This document shows, piece after piece, positions 25,725 to 35,614 of a DNA stretch of 59,718 nucleotides. Source of the DNA: a virus (taxonomy: Duplodnaviria > Caudoviricetes); the IMG/VR virus record IMGVR_UViG_3300011115_000141, positions 1 through 59,718 of that record; one strand, given 5' to 3'. The notes beneath the pieces are model-generated. The model saw only the letters and a list, made by a program, of their open reading frames with translations, had not been told where the DNA came from and did no database searches. A program made the translations under genes and the position numbers. Position 1 is the first letter of the stretch. Each line of letters opens with the position of its first letter.

Positions 25725-25790
25725 GGGGGGAAAGTTTGACAGGGTATGCTTTTCGAAAGCTTGCAGACGACTTGTCATTCCGGTACCCCC
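25725..25790 (+). ncRNA. Intergenic long hairpin, candidate structured RNA
   Basis: GGGGG/CCCCC outer stem, TGACAGG/CTTGTCA middle stem, GCTTT/AAAGC apical stem. Confidence 0.4.
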
Positions 25791-25802
25791 ACCTAAAACA
25801 CT

Positions 25803-26081
25803 ATGGCCTATTCACAAAAAGTAATTGACGCAGTCATGGCTGCAAAGAAAACGCCCGGCAACCAGCTTGGGCGTTGGGCGATCTACCTAGATTTCCCTGT
25901 GACGAAGATTGCTTATGCGCTCGGGGTCACACGCCAAACTGTGTACAACTGGTTTGAAGGTAAGGATGTTTTTATCGCGTATCAAAACCGCGTAGAACTC
26001 CTTTTAGAAATAATGAAGTCCTCAAAGGACGCACAACAAGCATGGAGAAGAATATGCAAGGAATACAACCTAGAACCCTGA
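25803..26081 (+). CDS. Cro/XRE-like HTH regulator
   Basis: VTKIAYALGVTRQTVYNWFEG. Confidence 0.8.
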   Translation: MAYSQKVIDAVMAAKKTPGNQLGRWAIYLDFPVTKIAYALGVTRQTVYNWFEGKDVFIAYQNRVELLLEIMKSSKDAQQAWRRICKEYNLEP

Positions 26082-26236
26082 CCAACAGGGAACTTATCAA
26101 CTACTGCGCTGATGCAGTGGATGATTCGTTTGGTATGCCCAAAGAGTGGCAGAAAGAATTATTACGCCGATTTGTAGCACTTTCCCCAACAGACGAACAT
26201 CCGTTCATCGACCCAAACCAACAAAACCTTTTCTGA
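26054..26236 (+). CDS. Small hypothetical protein ending QQNLF
   Basis: GGAG RBS before ATG 26054; C-terminal QxxLF motif. Confidence 0.6.
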   Translation: MQGIQPRTLTNRELINYCADAVDDSFGMPKEWQKELLRRFVALSPTDEHPFIDPNQQNLF

Positions 26237-26251
26237 TTAAGGCGGACAAAT

Positions 26252-29215
26252 ATGGAACCGCTTGAGTTTGTAGCGGCGGTTTTGCCACCGCCCGGAAACG
26301 GGCGCTATTGCGTGGTGGAACTTTCAAGAAAAAAAGAACATGCCTATGTTCACACACTGGAGGAAGCACAACCTTTCATCGATAGATGGAAGCAAACGGG
26401 TGAAGACATTTACTTTGCGCTGGGTACATTTGGGGACGACAACAACCGGACTGCGGATAACGTGCACATGGTCAAAACCTTTGCCATCGACGTGGACTGC
26501 AACCACCCCAAAGACTTGCCTGATGCGGAAGGCAACATCAAGCCCAAGGCATACGCTAGTGCGAAGCAGGCGGCGCAAGCCATCATGGACTTTACCGAGG
26601 CTACTGGGTTGTCTGCTATGGGCGACCCATGGATGGTGGCGTCTGGCGGTGGGGTACACGCATACTGGCCGCTCTCTGAAGCCGTGGATGTCAACGAGTG
26701 GAAGCCTGTAGCAGAGGCGTTCAAGCGCATGTGCTACCAGAACAAACTGGACATTGACCCCACAGTAACGTCAGACGCATCCCGCGTTCTGCGCATCCCT
26801 GCCACGATCAATACCGGCATCAAGAACAAGAAGAAGGTACGCGCCCAAACCAACGTACGCTTCATGAGCGAAGGCGCTGTGTTCGAGTTGGCAGACATCC
26901 GCGCAGTGGTGGAGAAAAACCTCATCGGTACGCAGTACGAAGTAAGCATGGCCAAGCCGCCTAGCAATGTGGTTGAGCTTCCCGGCACTAGACCATCCGC
27001 ACCGAGCGCAAGTCAGGTCAAGTTGTTTGAGAACAGCGTCACTCGCTTCAAGAACATTGTGGTCAAGACTCGTGCAGGGACAGGTTGCGGGCAGATCGCA
27101 CACTACGTAGAGCACGCTGAACAGGACGGCATGGAACCCCTGTGGCGCGGCATCCTGTCTTGGACGAAGGTCTGCGTAGATGGCGAGGGTGCATCAAAGT
27201 GGATCAGCGACATGCACCCGTACAGCGAAGACCGCATGCGCACCAAGCTGGCTGAGATCAAAGGCCCCTACCCCTGCACCAAGATGGACTCGGAAAACCC
27301 CGGAGTCTGCCCAAGTTGCCCACACTGGGGGAAGATCACAAATCCGCTACTCTTTGGCCGTGACATGGCGGTGACCACCGTTGAGAGTGTGGTGGAGTTG
27401 CCCCGCGTTGCAATGGATGAGGAAGTCAAGAAAGTACTTCGCCCTGAAGCACCCCGTGGCTACGCTTATGGTGAGCGTGGGGGCGTGTTTATTCAGAAGG
27501 AAGACGAAGATGCGCAGGGCAACAAGATAATGCGCAACGTTTTGATTATTCCCTACGATCTTTTCCCTGTGGACATCCTGAGCCACAACGGAGAGCATAC
27601 AGTACACCTCATGGCCATCAGGCGCGAGGGTGCGCAGAACATCACAATGGCGCAGAAGGCTGTTGTGAGCCAAGACGAAACAGTCAAGGCACTGGCCAAC
27701 CAAAATATCGTGGCATCGTTTGGTCGAGGCAACGACAAGAATTTGTTTGATTATGTACGTGCAAGCGTGGAAAAGATGAGCAACGACAAGTCACCCGTCA
27801 AAGTACCAGCCAACTACGGCTGGCAAGAGAATAGTACTTTTGTTTACGCTGGTAAAATATACAGTGCCACATCCGCACCTGTGGAAGTGCCGATGCCCGG
27901 TCTAGAAAATATTGTGGCCAACACCAAACCCAAGGGCTCGATCGAGAACTGGGTGACGTTTATCAAGATGCTTATAGCAAAAAAGCTATACGGACACCTG
28001 TCTGTTGTTTTGGCAGGCGCCAGCGCCCCGTTTATGCGGTTTACGGGCATCTACGGCATGACATATCACTGCGGCTCAACCGAGTCTGGTACGGGTAAAT
28101 CACTGGCGCTGGAAGGGGCGGCTTCGATCTGGGGTCACCCAACCCACTACCGCACAGGCAAGAGCACTTCTCCTGTTGCAATGCAGCAACGCCTTGGTCT
28201 GCTGCAAAGTCTGCCCTTGGTGACCGATGAGATCACCGCCAAGAACCGCAAGGATTCTGAGTGGTTTCCTGAGTTCCTACTGGACATGACCGAGGGTCGC
28301 GGCAAGGAGCGTATGGAGTCAGGCGCTAATAAGGAACGCTTGAACCTTTCTATCTGGCAGACAGTGGCCATTATGTCCTCCAATACCCACGTCGTGGACT
28401 ACCTAACAGGATCACGTAAGCACTCATCGGAAGGCGAGATGCGACGTGTTCTAGAGTTTGTAATGGACGAAGAACTGTCATGGGAACCCCATGAGATTGA
28501 AATTATCAAGTCTTTGCAAGAAAACTATGGTGTAGTTGGCCATGAATTGGCTGAGTTCTTGGCCAAGAATGTGCCGATGCTCAAGACCCTTGTGCCTGAT
28601 GTTGTGCGTAACTGCTACAAGGATTTCAACGCTACAAACGATGAGCGCTTTTGGATGGCGGGGGTGGGCACAATCATGACGGCTGGTGCAATTCTCGGCA
28701 ATAAGTATCTGAATATTGTTGACTTTCCGCTCAATGAGATCAAGGAATTCTTAAAAGGCCGTGTCAACGTAGCACGCGGTACAGTCAGGACAAGCAAACG
28801 CAACGCAGAGGATGTGCTCAACGGCTTCATCCAAGAGAACTACGGCAAGTTTGTGGTGGTGCGGTTCAACGCTAAGTCAGGCGCTAGTGCTTTGCTTGGA
28901 GACACCGCTTTGATTGACTCGTCTACTACCCGATCGGTAGTTATGGGGCGCGTGGAGCACGGCGTAACAGCCAACCACGTTGACTTCTTTATTGAGGAAC
29001 GCTTGCTAAAAACTTTCTGCTCCAATATGAGCTTTGGCTACGCTGACTTTAAGCGCCAGCTTGAGAAACAATTTGTAGTGTCTTACATGCCCAAGAAAGA
29101 CTTGATGGCAAGAACCAGTGGCCCACCAATGCGGGTGTCCACCATGAAGATTTCGAGAGAAATTTCTAGCTTGGATGAAGAAATTATCAATCCAGTATCC
29201 ATGGCAGCGGCTTGA
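26252..29215 (+). CDS. Primase-helicase (AEP-type primase plus DUF927 P-loop helicase)
   Basis: AIDVD, SGGGVHAYW, DASRVLRIP primase motifs; CPSCPH; GSTESGTGKS Walker A and VTDE Walker B. Confidence 0.85.
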   Translation: MEPLEFVAAVLPPPGNGRYCVVELSRKKEHAYVHTLEEAQPFIDRWKQTGEDIYFALGTFGDDNNRTADNVHMVKTFAIDVDCNHPKDLPDAEGNIKPKAYASAKQAAQAIMDFTEATGLSAMGDPWMVASGGGVHAYWPLSEAVDVNEWKPVAEAFKRMCYQNKLDIDPTVTSDASRVLRIPATINTGIKNKKKVRAQTNVRFMSEGAVFELADIRAVVEKNLIGTQYEVSMAKPPSNVVELPGTRPSAPSASQVKLFENSVTRFKNIVVKTRAGTGCGQIAHYVEHAEQDGMEPLWRGILSWTKVCVDGEGASKWISDMHPYSEDRMRTKLAEIKGPYPCTKMDSENPGVCPSCPHWGKITNPLLFGRDMAVTTVESVVELPRVAMDEEVKKVLRPEAPRGYAYGERGGVFIQKEDEDAQGNKIMRNVLIIPYDLFPVDILSHNGEHTVHLMAIRREGAQNITMAQKAVVSQDETVKALANQNIVASFGRGNDKNLFDYVRASVEKMSNDKSPVKVPANYGWQENSTFVYAGKIYSATSAPVEVPMPGLENIVANTKPKGSIENWVTFIKMLIAKKLYGHLSVVLAGASAPFMRFTGIYGMTYHCGSTESGTGKSLALEGAASIWGHPTHYRTGKSTSPVAMQQRLGLLQSLPLVTDEITAKNRKDSEWFPEFLLDMTEGRGKERMESGANKERLNLSIWQTVAIMSSNTHVVDYLTGSRKHSSEGEMRRVLEFVMDEELSWEPHEIEIIKSLQENYGVVGHELAEFLAKNVPMLKTLVPDVVRNCYKDFNATNDERFWMAGVGTIMTAGAILGNKYLNIVDFPLNEIKEFLKGRVNVARGTVRTSKRNAEDVLNGFIQENYGKFVVVRFNAKSGASALLGDTALIDSSTTRSVVMGRVEHGVTANHVDFFIEERLLKTFCSNMSFGYADFKRQLEKQFVVSYMPKKDLMARTSGPPMRVSTMKISREISSLDEEIINPVSMAAA

Positions 29216-29369
29216 GAGGGGGCAGGGGTTCTTCGTCCCCTGCATTGATACTGCGGCTGTTAGAACCGAGGGCTTGAACAAGGCCCTCGGCTTTCGTTTG
29301 TTTGACGCCCGAGCCAAGATCGGGATCAGGGACGGCTTTACTGGCGTGTGGTTTTATCGACTGCTTTGA
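29175..29369 (+). CDS. Small hypothetical protein, last gene of the plus-strand arm
   Basis: YPW..LE.GQGFFVPC...GVWFYR; overlaps the convergent virion gene end. Confidence 0.55.
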   Translation: MKKLSIQYPWQRLERGQGFFVPCIDTAAVRTEGLNKALGFRLFDARAKIGIRDGFTGVWFYRLL

Positions 29370-32300
29370 GGAAGGCTCTGGCGTATTCCGTCTGCGCTTT
29401 GTCGATACGCGCCAGCATCTCGTCTTTTTGCTCAGTGGTCAACGTGGGCGATGCCACAATCTGACGGCGGTACTTAGCAAACTCTCCAAGCTTTTGCTGT
29501 ACCGAGCCTGACACCGATGCTGCTCCCAACTTGTCTGCATATTCTTGTGCAAACGCTCTTGCTTCGGCTGTCTTACCCTGCTCCACGAGGCGGTTGAAAG
29601 AACCTTTGGTCTGTTGGATACTCTCCATCACGTCATACGCTTCATCAAGGGTGCCCCTGCCTTCAACGGGCTGGAACAAATTACCAATGATTGGCATTTT
29701 GCTTGCCTTAAGCGTAGGCTTGGCTACGTCTTCTTTCATCTCCATGTTCAGTATCGGGTTGGCCAACTGCACAACAGCAATACCCATACCGCCGGCGTAG
29801 CCACGGATGAGGTAGTCAATACCGATAGGCGACAAACCTTCTTTGCCCGTGATCTGCTTGATCGTTTCGCTACCCGTGATGCTACCGAGCAACTTGGCAA
29901 ACTCAGTAGTAGATTCACGGGCACGCTCACCAGCCAGCATTTTCTGCTCACGTTGTGACTCGATAGCCCCGCCAAAGAAAGAAGTGCCTAAGTACACCTC
30001 GGTAATAGGTTTGATGGCTTGCGGTAAAGCAAACGGATTGGTCTGCGCTACAAGCTTGAGCCAGCCGCCCACTGCCTTGGATGCTTTCTCATCGTTGGAT
30101 GCCATGTCAAGAATAGCTTCGGGCAATGCTTTGAACAAGTAACCCAATTCAAACGGGATAGGTACACGCACGGGCTCATCAAAGCCGGGGATGTATACGA
30201 ACCAACTGCCGTAGCGTTCTTCGGGCTTGGCGCGTTTGTATGCTTCGTCGTCGGACATCATGGCAGCATAAGCCAATGTGCCTGCGGCAATCATCAAGCC
30301 ACGAGCCATCATCTTTTGTTTGATTTTAAGCTGTTCACTGAACGGCATCTGGCCTGTGTATGCACGGTACAGCACATCCAGACCCTGAATCTGAGCGTTA
30401 AAGAACGGGATAACAATCGACAGCGCTTGCATGCTAGGCGACAGACCACGGCGGCCAAAGTTCATGGACTCTAGCGTACGCAGAAGCGCGGCTTGCTCGG
30501 ACATTCCTTTGGCTAGGGAGTCTTTGTATACGACAGCACGGGTAGACGCATCGCCTTGCATAGCAAACGCATCCAGTTTGGCTACAAGTTTAGTCCAGCC
30601 AGACTTACCTGAAGTAATTTCTTTAAGGAATTTAGACGCATCACGCTGGTCACCCGTGAACACGTTACTACTGATAGCGCCTGTGCGCATCAGCTTTGCT
30701 TCAACTTCGCTGCGTCCGGCCACCATACTGGCCAACTCTCTAAACGAACTGAGTACTGGCGTAGCGTCTGTGCCCGTTGTCAACCAAGCATTCAGAGGAT
30801 CGCGTATGGTCTGACGCACAGCGTAAGCGGGGTTGCGTGTCACAAACTTGCGCAGAATGTCCGCAGGGATACCCATCATTTTGATAGCGGCGGGCATCGT
30901 GGTCTTGATACCTTCCATGCCCTTAATAATGAGATCCGCAGGGATGCCGTACTGGTCTTTGTCGATGTACACAAAGTGATCTTTGCCGTTGACTTTGAAT
31001 CGCACAGTGCTGTCGCTTGCGGGGCCAGAGCCTTCTCCAAGCGCTGTGGCCATACCCATTTTCTTGAGCAAGAACGCAGACTCTTTGACCATCTGGTTAC
31101 GTAGAGCCAAGTCAGTCAGCATGAACGTGTTCTGAACCGAGCTTGTAAAGATTGGCAAGATGTTCTTATTGCCACCAACCAACTCTTTGAGTTGTGGCTC
31201 AGTCTTGACATTACCAATACGAACGGGCGTCTCTTTGTCCACCATCAACTCAATGTTGCCGCTGTTGCTGTTGACGCGGTAGTACGGAATGTAAGGTACG
31301 GACTTCAATTCCTTGGCCAGCTTCTCAGTGATAGCGCCTGTTTGTACGAGGAAGTCAACTTGCCCATCATTGAACTCTTTGTAGATGCGTGCGGCTTCTA
31401 GTACGGCGTCTTTCTTGGTGCTGTCGCTGTTAAGCAGACGCATGACATCGTTGTATTCCTTCTCAGCCAGAGCAGGGTTCTCGTAGTTCAGCTTCTGCCA
31501 GCCTTTGACCTTGGCTCTTTCTCCCGCTACGTATGCGGTCAGAATAGCTTCGGCTTCTGTGTCGTTGGCAAACTTGCCCTTGTGCAAAGCTTCTGCCACT
31601 TCAACCATGTTAGCGCCCTTGACGCTGTCGTACACGTAACCCCCACCTTCGCCTTTGCGTAAGATAAGCTTTCCGTTGGTCAGCGCTTGACCCGCATACT
31701 GGCTGCGTTGTTGACCGAATCGCAGATAGAATTCTGCGTTTTGTGCTTCCAAAGATGTGATGGCGTTGCTGGCTACGCCACGTTTAAATGCCTCAGACAA
31801 GGCTGCGTCTTTGTCCACAAACTGAACACGGCCTGTGAGACCCAAGACGTTGCCAAGAAACTTGTCTTTTATTGAAGTTTCTTTAGCAATGAAAGACGCG
31901 CCATACTGCGTGGGTTCTTTCTTGGTACGGAAGGCCATCTCACCATCAGCCGTTCTGTACGCACCGATTGTCTTGTTCTCAAACGCTTTGCGGGACTGCT
32001 TCAAAGCATAGAAGACGTCAGATGTTGATAGTACAGAGGAAGAAGTAAAGCCCAGATCACGCAAGCCTGCGCGAATCATGCCGACAAACTCCTTGAGCCA
32101 TCGACCAGCCTTTTGTCTGAAGCTTTCAGTGACGCGTGCTTCTTCGGTGTGCGCAATGATCTCACGCAAGACTTGAAGTCTTTGCACTGCTTCGTTCTTG
32201 CCTTGGGCTGCATTGAACTGCGCAGTCCTGATAACCTCATCTACAAGTGTTTGACCGCCAATCTCTTCAGCCAGTTTGCGTAGGTCTGTCTTGTTGGCAT

Positions 32301-35300
32301 ACGCTTGCAAACGCTCAATACCAATTATGGTATCTATGCCGTAGTGACCAACCAACTCGTGGAACACTGTGGCTTCCAAGTCTTTCAAGTCAGCATGCTG
32401 GTCGCCCACCACCAAGACAGTGCCGTCACTGAACACAGCGCCTTGCACCATGGCTTCGGTAGGGTCGATACCTTCATCAGACATACGTTTGAGAAGGGCA
32501 ACAGGAATCTTGCCGGGGTTAGCGGCGTATACCATCTTTACGTTTGAAGGCAGTTTACTCTGCACTTTTTCCATAAAGTCAGCGGCTTGCTTGGCATCAA
32601 CGGTGCCGCCTTCTGTTTCACGGGTGCGATAGGCTGTGCCAGTATCGGAGTCGTAAGCTGCTTTGACTAGTTCTTCAACCTGCGCTTTAGTCAAGCGTGA
32701 ACCTGCTTCACGCAGAGATTTTTTCTCCGTAGCTGCACGGCTTTCAGCAGAACCTGTACGGTCTTCCGTAGGTGCACGGCGAACCTTTCGAGTCTCTTGT
32801 TCCGTGCGTTTGGAAGGCGTCTCTTGTTTGCTCTGAGACAGCGCTTCTCTAACAATCTCTGTCTGCTCTGCAAGCGTAGCCTTGTACTCAGGCGTTTTCT
32901 TTCCAAGTTCCAACGCTTTGGCGTTTAACTCGTCGTTCATTTTTAATTGAAACGCAACTACGTCAGGATCATTTTTACCGTATTTTTCTTGCAACGCAAC
33001 CAAACGCTTGGTCATGTTGTCGCCAAGCTTTTCATACTCAGGCTCTTGCATGCCAAGAGACGACGCCAGCCTAGTCATTTGGATAGACTCTTCCGCTTCT
33101 TTGCGCACATCGCCAGACTCAATTCGTCTGGTTGTCTTGACGGCACGGCTAACTTTGGCACCAATGACTTTGCCTTTTTTACCCTGCTCTATTTCTTCGG
33201 GCGTGGGCGCTGCGCGGCGCTTCAACGTGTCAAGCTGTTCTTCGCCTGCTTTTTTCTTTTCCGCCGCTACAACGCTGGCTTTAGCTGCAGGCGTAGCTTC
33301 GTACATGCTTTTGTACATGCCTTCAATTTGCTCACGCACAGGCGTAATCTTGGCCAACACGCGGTTGTATCTGTTCAACGCCGCTTTGATCTTACGCTGA
33401 AGGCCAAAGCTTTTATTTGTTTCTGCCTGCTCAAGAAGTGTGTTGTGTACGTCTGCGGCATCGTACAACTCTTGCAACCAAGACTGCTTGGCGTTGCCAA
33501 TCGGGAGCACCACCTTGTTATGCAGGCGGTTGATGTTGTTCATCGTGATATCGTATTGCTCATCAGACACAACACGCTTGGTTTCTGTACCGGCAAGGTT
33601 TAGCCGCGTATCTAGTGCCCGGGTCATGCGCTGCTTTTCAGCATCTTTGACATACTGAGAGACACGGCCAGCCGACATGTTTGTAGCTTCTGCCATACGG
33701 CGGTCAGCCGCTTCCCGTTCTTCGGGAGTCATCTCTGTGCGCTGGATGTTCTCAGAACTGAAAATGTCCAACTGCCTTGGGTCTTTCTGCATGGCCAACT
33801 GAATTGGTTTGTCATCGGACACACGTTTTAAGCCGTAACCTTCGGGACGCTCGTACTGGGTCTCAACCGCTTTAGGCTTGAATTCCAACGCTTCAGCAGG
33901 CGTCTTGGCAATACCGGGCACGGTGGTGGGCTGCTCTGGGCCTTCGGGCTTCTCCGTTGAAGGGATAGGCGCTTCTTCTGCCGTGAATAACTCGCGGGTC
34001 TGGCCACGTTGTGCTTGGTTAATGGCTTTCTCTTCAAGGACTGAGCGCTTCTGACCGAAGCTTTCCATCAGATCGGCACGCTCTTTGTTCAACTCGTCCA
34101 GTTTGGTTGTGAGTTTGGGTAGCTCATCAAACGAGCCTAGCTGCGCTGCGTCCGCAAGCTTCTTCTTTGCGTTCTTAATCTTTGTGTCAATGCTGGACAG
34201 CGCAGCTTTAGACTGAGCTTCCAGTTCCTGTGCGGTTTGCGTTGTACCGCCTAAACCTTCAATAGTCTGTGCCGTGGTCTCCATTTGTGTCTGGAGAGGC
34301 GTGTACTGCGCGTAGAGTGCGTTAACTTTGGCTGTGTCACCCGCAGTGGCCGCTTCTTGCATCTGCGTTTGCAGACTAGACAGTTGGGTCTTAAGCCTGT
34401 CGTACTCCTCCATTGTCCGGTTTAAGTCAGGCTTTGGTGGCTCGGGAGGAGTTGGGGGGACAGCGCCCGTGTCCATCGTACCCATGACCGCACCGGGGCG
34501 AACAGTTTCTACAACTGGCGCAGGGGGAGGAGGTGGTGGCGGTGCTGGCAAAGCCAACATTGGGGCTGCCGCAGGTGGGGGTGGCGGAGGTGGGGGTGGC
34601 TCATCTCCTTGGGGGGCTTGAACTTCTTGCTCTGCGGTTTGTCTAGCGGCAACTGCGTCTCGGGCTGCGCTTTTTTCCGAAAATCTACCAACGGCACCCA
34701 AGGGGCCAAGCAAACCAGCTTGGTACGCGGTTTCTCCATATTCTTTAAGCGCATCAGGAGAAGTTAAGGATAACCCTGCCTGTGCACGTTCCAACATCTG
34801 TTGGGTAATCTCTGTTGGCACTTCGGCCAACACACCTACGCCAGTGCCTTTTGCAAGGGTGGCCAGCAGTTTTTCATCAGCTAACTTGGAAGCTTGCGCA
34901 GCAGACTTTCCAAAGAAAGCCATCTCGGGGATGCCCGTCAGCTTGCTGACCAGTTTGCCGCCAAACGGAATAAACGTTCCGGCAACATCCAGTAGACCCT
35001 GCCCAGTAGATGCAAGCTCGGCTGCGGCAGTATCAATTTTTACAGGCTCGCCCCGTGCAATTTGTTCCTGTGCTTGGCGTTGTATGTCGCCGCCTAAACT
35101 TTGTATTTTTGATGGAAGAAACGCCCCCAACACACCGCCTGCGATGGCTCCGGGTACCCCTAGTGGGCTGCCTGCCATGACGCCAAGTCGAGCCCCGCCA
35201 AACGAAGCCGCAAGATTAGGTGCTTGTTCAGCAAGAGCTAAAGGAATTTGGCGGCCAACTTCTTTGGCGGCAGAAAGAACACCGTCTTTGGTGTAGGCTT

Positions 35301-35595
35301 CTTTAACCTTATCAAGTCCAGTTTGGTCGGCGTACTTGCCCGAGATTTCTTCGCCGCGCTGCAGCCCGGCTATAGCCGCTTCTTCCGGGTTTATATACTT
35401 ACCAACGCCAGTGCGAAGACCGCTAAGCGTGGACTCCGCGCCCTTACCAAGCGCTGCCATCAGTCCCTTTTTGGGGGGAGGTGCGTTACCAATATCTTGA
35501 AGGACGGCGGCGTATGCCTGCTCGTCGGTTAGCTCTGTCGGAGATTCGACTGTGAACTTACCCCTACCGGGAATTTCAACTTGGTAACGCGGCAT
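29338..35595 (-). CDS. Large internal virion/ejection protein (polyvalent type; zincin-like motif, LPD38-like C-terminus)
   Basis: 2085 aa at the end of the virion operon; FHELVGHYG motif; PFFNAQIQG, IPFELG and SPIGIDYLIRGYAG motifs; polyproline linker. Confidence 0.75.
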   Translation of the reverse strand: MPRYQVEIPGRGKFTVESPTELTDEQAYAAVLQDIGNAPPPKKGLMAALGKGAESTLSGLRTGVGKYINPEEAAIAGLQRGEEISGKYADQTGLDKVKEAYTKDGVLSAAKEVGRQIPLALAEQAPNLAASFGGARLGVMAGSPLGVPGAIAGGVLGAFLPSKIQSLGGDIQRQAQEQIARGEPVKIDTAAAELASTGQGLLDVAGTFIPFGGKLVSKLTGIPEMAFFGKSAAQASKLADEKLLATLAKGTGVGVLAEVPTEITQQMLERAQAGLSLTSPDALKEYGETAYQAGLLGPLGAVGRFSEKSAARDAVAARQTAEQEVQAPQGDEPPPPPPPPPAAAPMLALPAPPPPPPPAPVVETVRPGAVMGTMDTGAVPPTPPEPPKPDLNRTMEEYDRLKTQLSSLQTQMQEAATAGDTAKVNALYAQYTPLQTQMETTAQTIEGLGGTTQTAQELEAQSKAALSSIDTKIKNAKKKLADAAQLGSFDELPKLTTKLDELNKERADLMESFGQKRSVLEEKAINQAQRGQTRELFTAEEAPIPSTEKPEGPEQPTTVPGIAKTPAEALEFKPKAVETQYERPEGYGLKRVSDDKPIQLAMQKDPRQLDIFSSENIQRTEMTPEEREAADRRMAEATNMSAGRVSQYVKDAEKQRMTRALDTRLNLAGTETKRVVSDEQYDITMNNINRLHNKVVLPIGNAKQSWLQELYDAADVHNTLLEQAETNKSFGLQRKIKAALNRYNRVLAKITPVREQIEGMYKSMYEATPAAKASVVAAEKKKAGEEQLDTLKRRAAPTPEEIEQGKKGKVIGAKVSRAVKTTRRIESGDVRKEAEESIQMTRLASSLGMQEPEYEKLGDNMTKRLVALQEKYGKNDPDVVAFQLKMNDELNAKALELGKKTPEYKATLAEQTEIVREALSQSKQETPSKRTEQETRKVRRAPTEDRTGSAESRAATEKKSLREAGSRLTKAQVEELVKAAYDSDTGTAYRTRETEGGTVDAKQAADFMEKVQSKLPSNVKMVYAANPGKIPVALLKRMSDEGIDPTEAMVQGAVFSDGTVLVVGDQHADLKDLEATVFHELVGHYGIDTIIGIERLQAYANKTDLRKLAEEIGGQTLVDEVIRTAQFNAAQGKNEAVQRLQVLREIIAHTEEARVTESFRQKAGRWLKEFVGMIRAGLRDLGFTSSSVLSTSDVFYALKQSRKAFENKTIGAYRTADGEMAFRTKKEPTQYGASFIAKETSIKDKFLGNVLGLTGRVQFVDKDAALSEAFKRGVASNAITSLEAQNAEFYLRFGQQRSQYAGQALTNGKLILRKGEGGGYVYDSVKGANMVEVAEALHKGKFANDTEAEAILTAYVAGERAKVKGWQKLNYENPALAEKEYNDVMRLLNSDSTKKDAVLEAARIYKEFNDGQVDFLVQTGAITEKLAKELKSVPYIPYYRVNSNSGNIELMVDKETPVRIGNVKTEPQLKELVGGNKNILPIFTSSVQNTFMLTDLALRNQMVKESAFLLKKMGMATALGEGSGPASDSTVRFKVNGKDHFVYIDKDQYGIPADLIIKGMEGIKTTMPAAIKMMGIPADILRKFVTRNPAYAVRQTIRDPLNAWLTTGTDATPVLSSFRELASMVAGRSEVEAKLMRTGAISSNVFTGDQRDASKFLKEITSGKSGWTKLVAKLDAFAMQGDASTRAVVYKDSLAKGMSEQAALLRTLESMNFGRRGLSPSMQALSIVIPFFNAQIQGLDVLYRAYTGQMPFSEQLKIKQKMMARGLMIAAGTLAYAAMMSDDEAYKRAKPEERYGSWFVYIPGFDEPVRVPIPFELGYLFKALPEAILDMASNDEKASKAVGGWLKLVAQTNPFALPQAIKPITEVYLGTSFFGGAIESQREQKMLAGERARESTTEFAKLLGSITGSETIKQITGKEGLSPIGIDYLIRGYAGGMGIAVVQLANPILNMEMKEDVAKPTLKASKMPIIGNLFQPVEGRGTLDEAYDVMESIQQTKGSFNRLVEQGKTAEARAFAQEYADKLGAASVSGSVQQKLGEFAKYRRQIVASPTLTTEQKDEMLARIDKAQTEYARAFLKAVDKTTRQ

Positions 35596-35614
35596 ACCCG
35601 CACCTCACTTATTG

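Noticed and set aside
25725-25790. tRNA gene
   Set aside because: No cloverleaf, T-loop consensus or acceptor stem was found.
29338-29369. Bidirectional terminator at the convergence of the two arms
   Set aside because: The convergent ORFs overlap by 32 bp, and no hairpin with a U-tract is evident.
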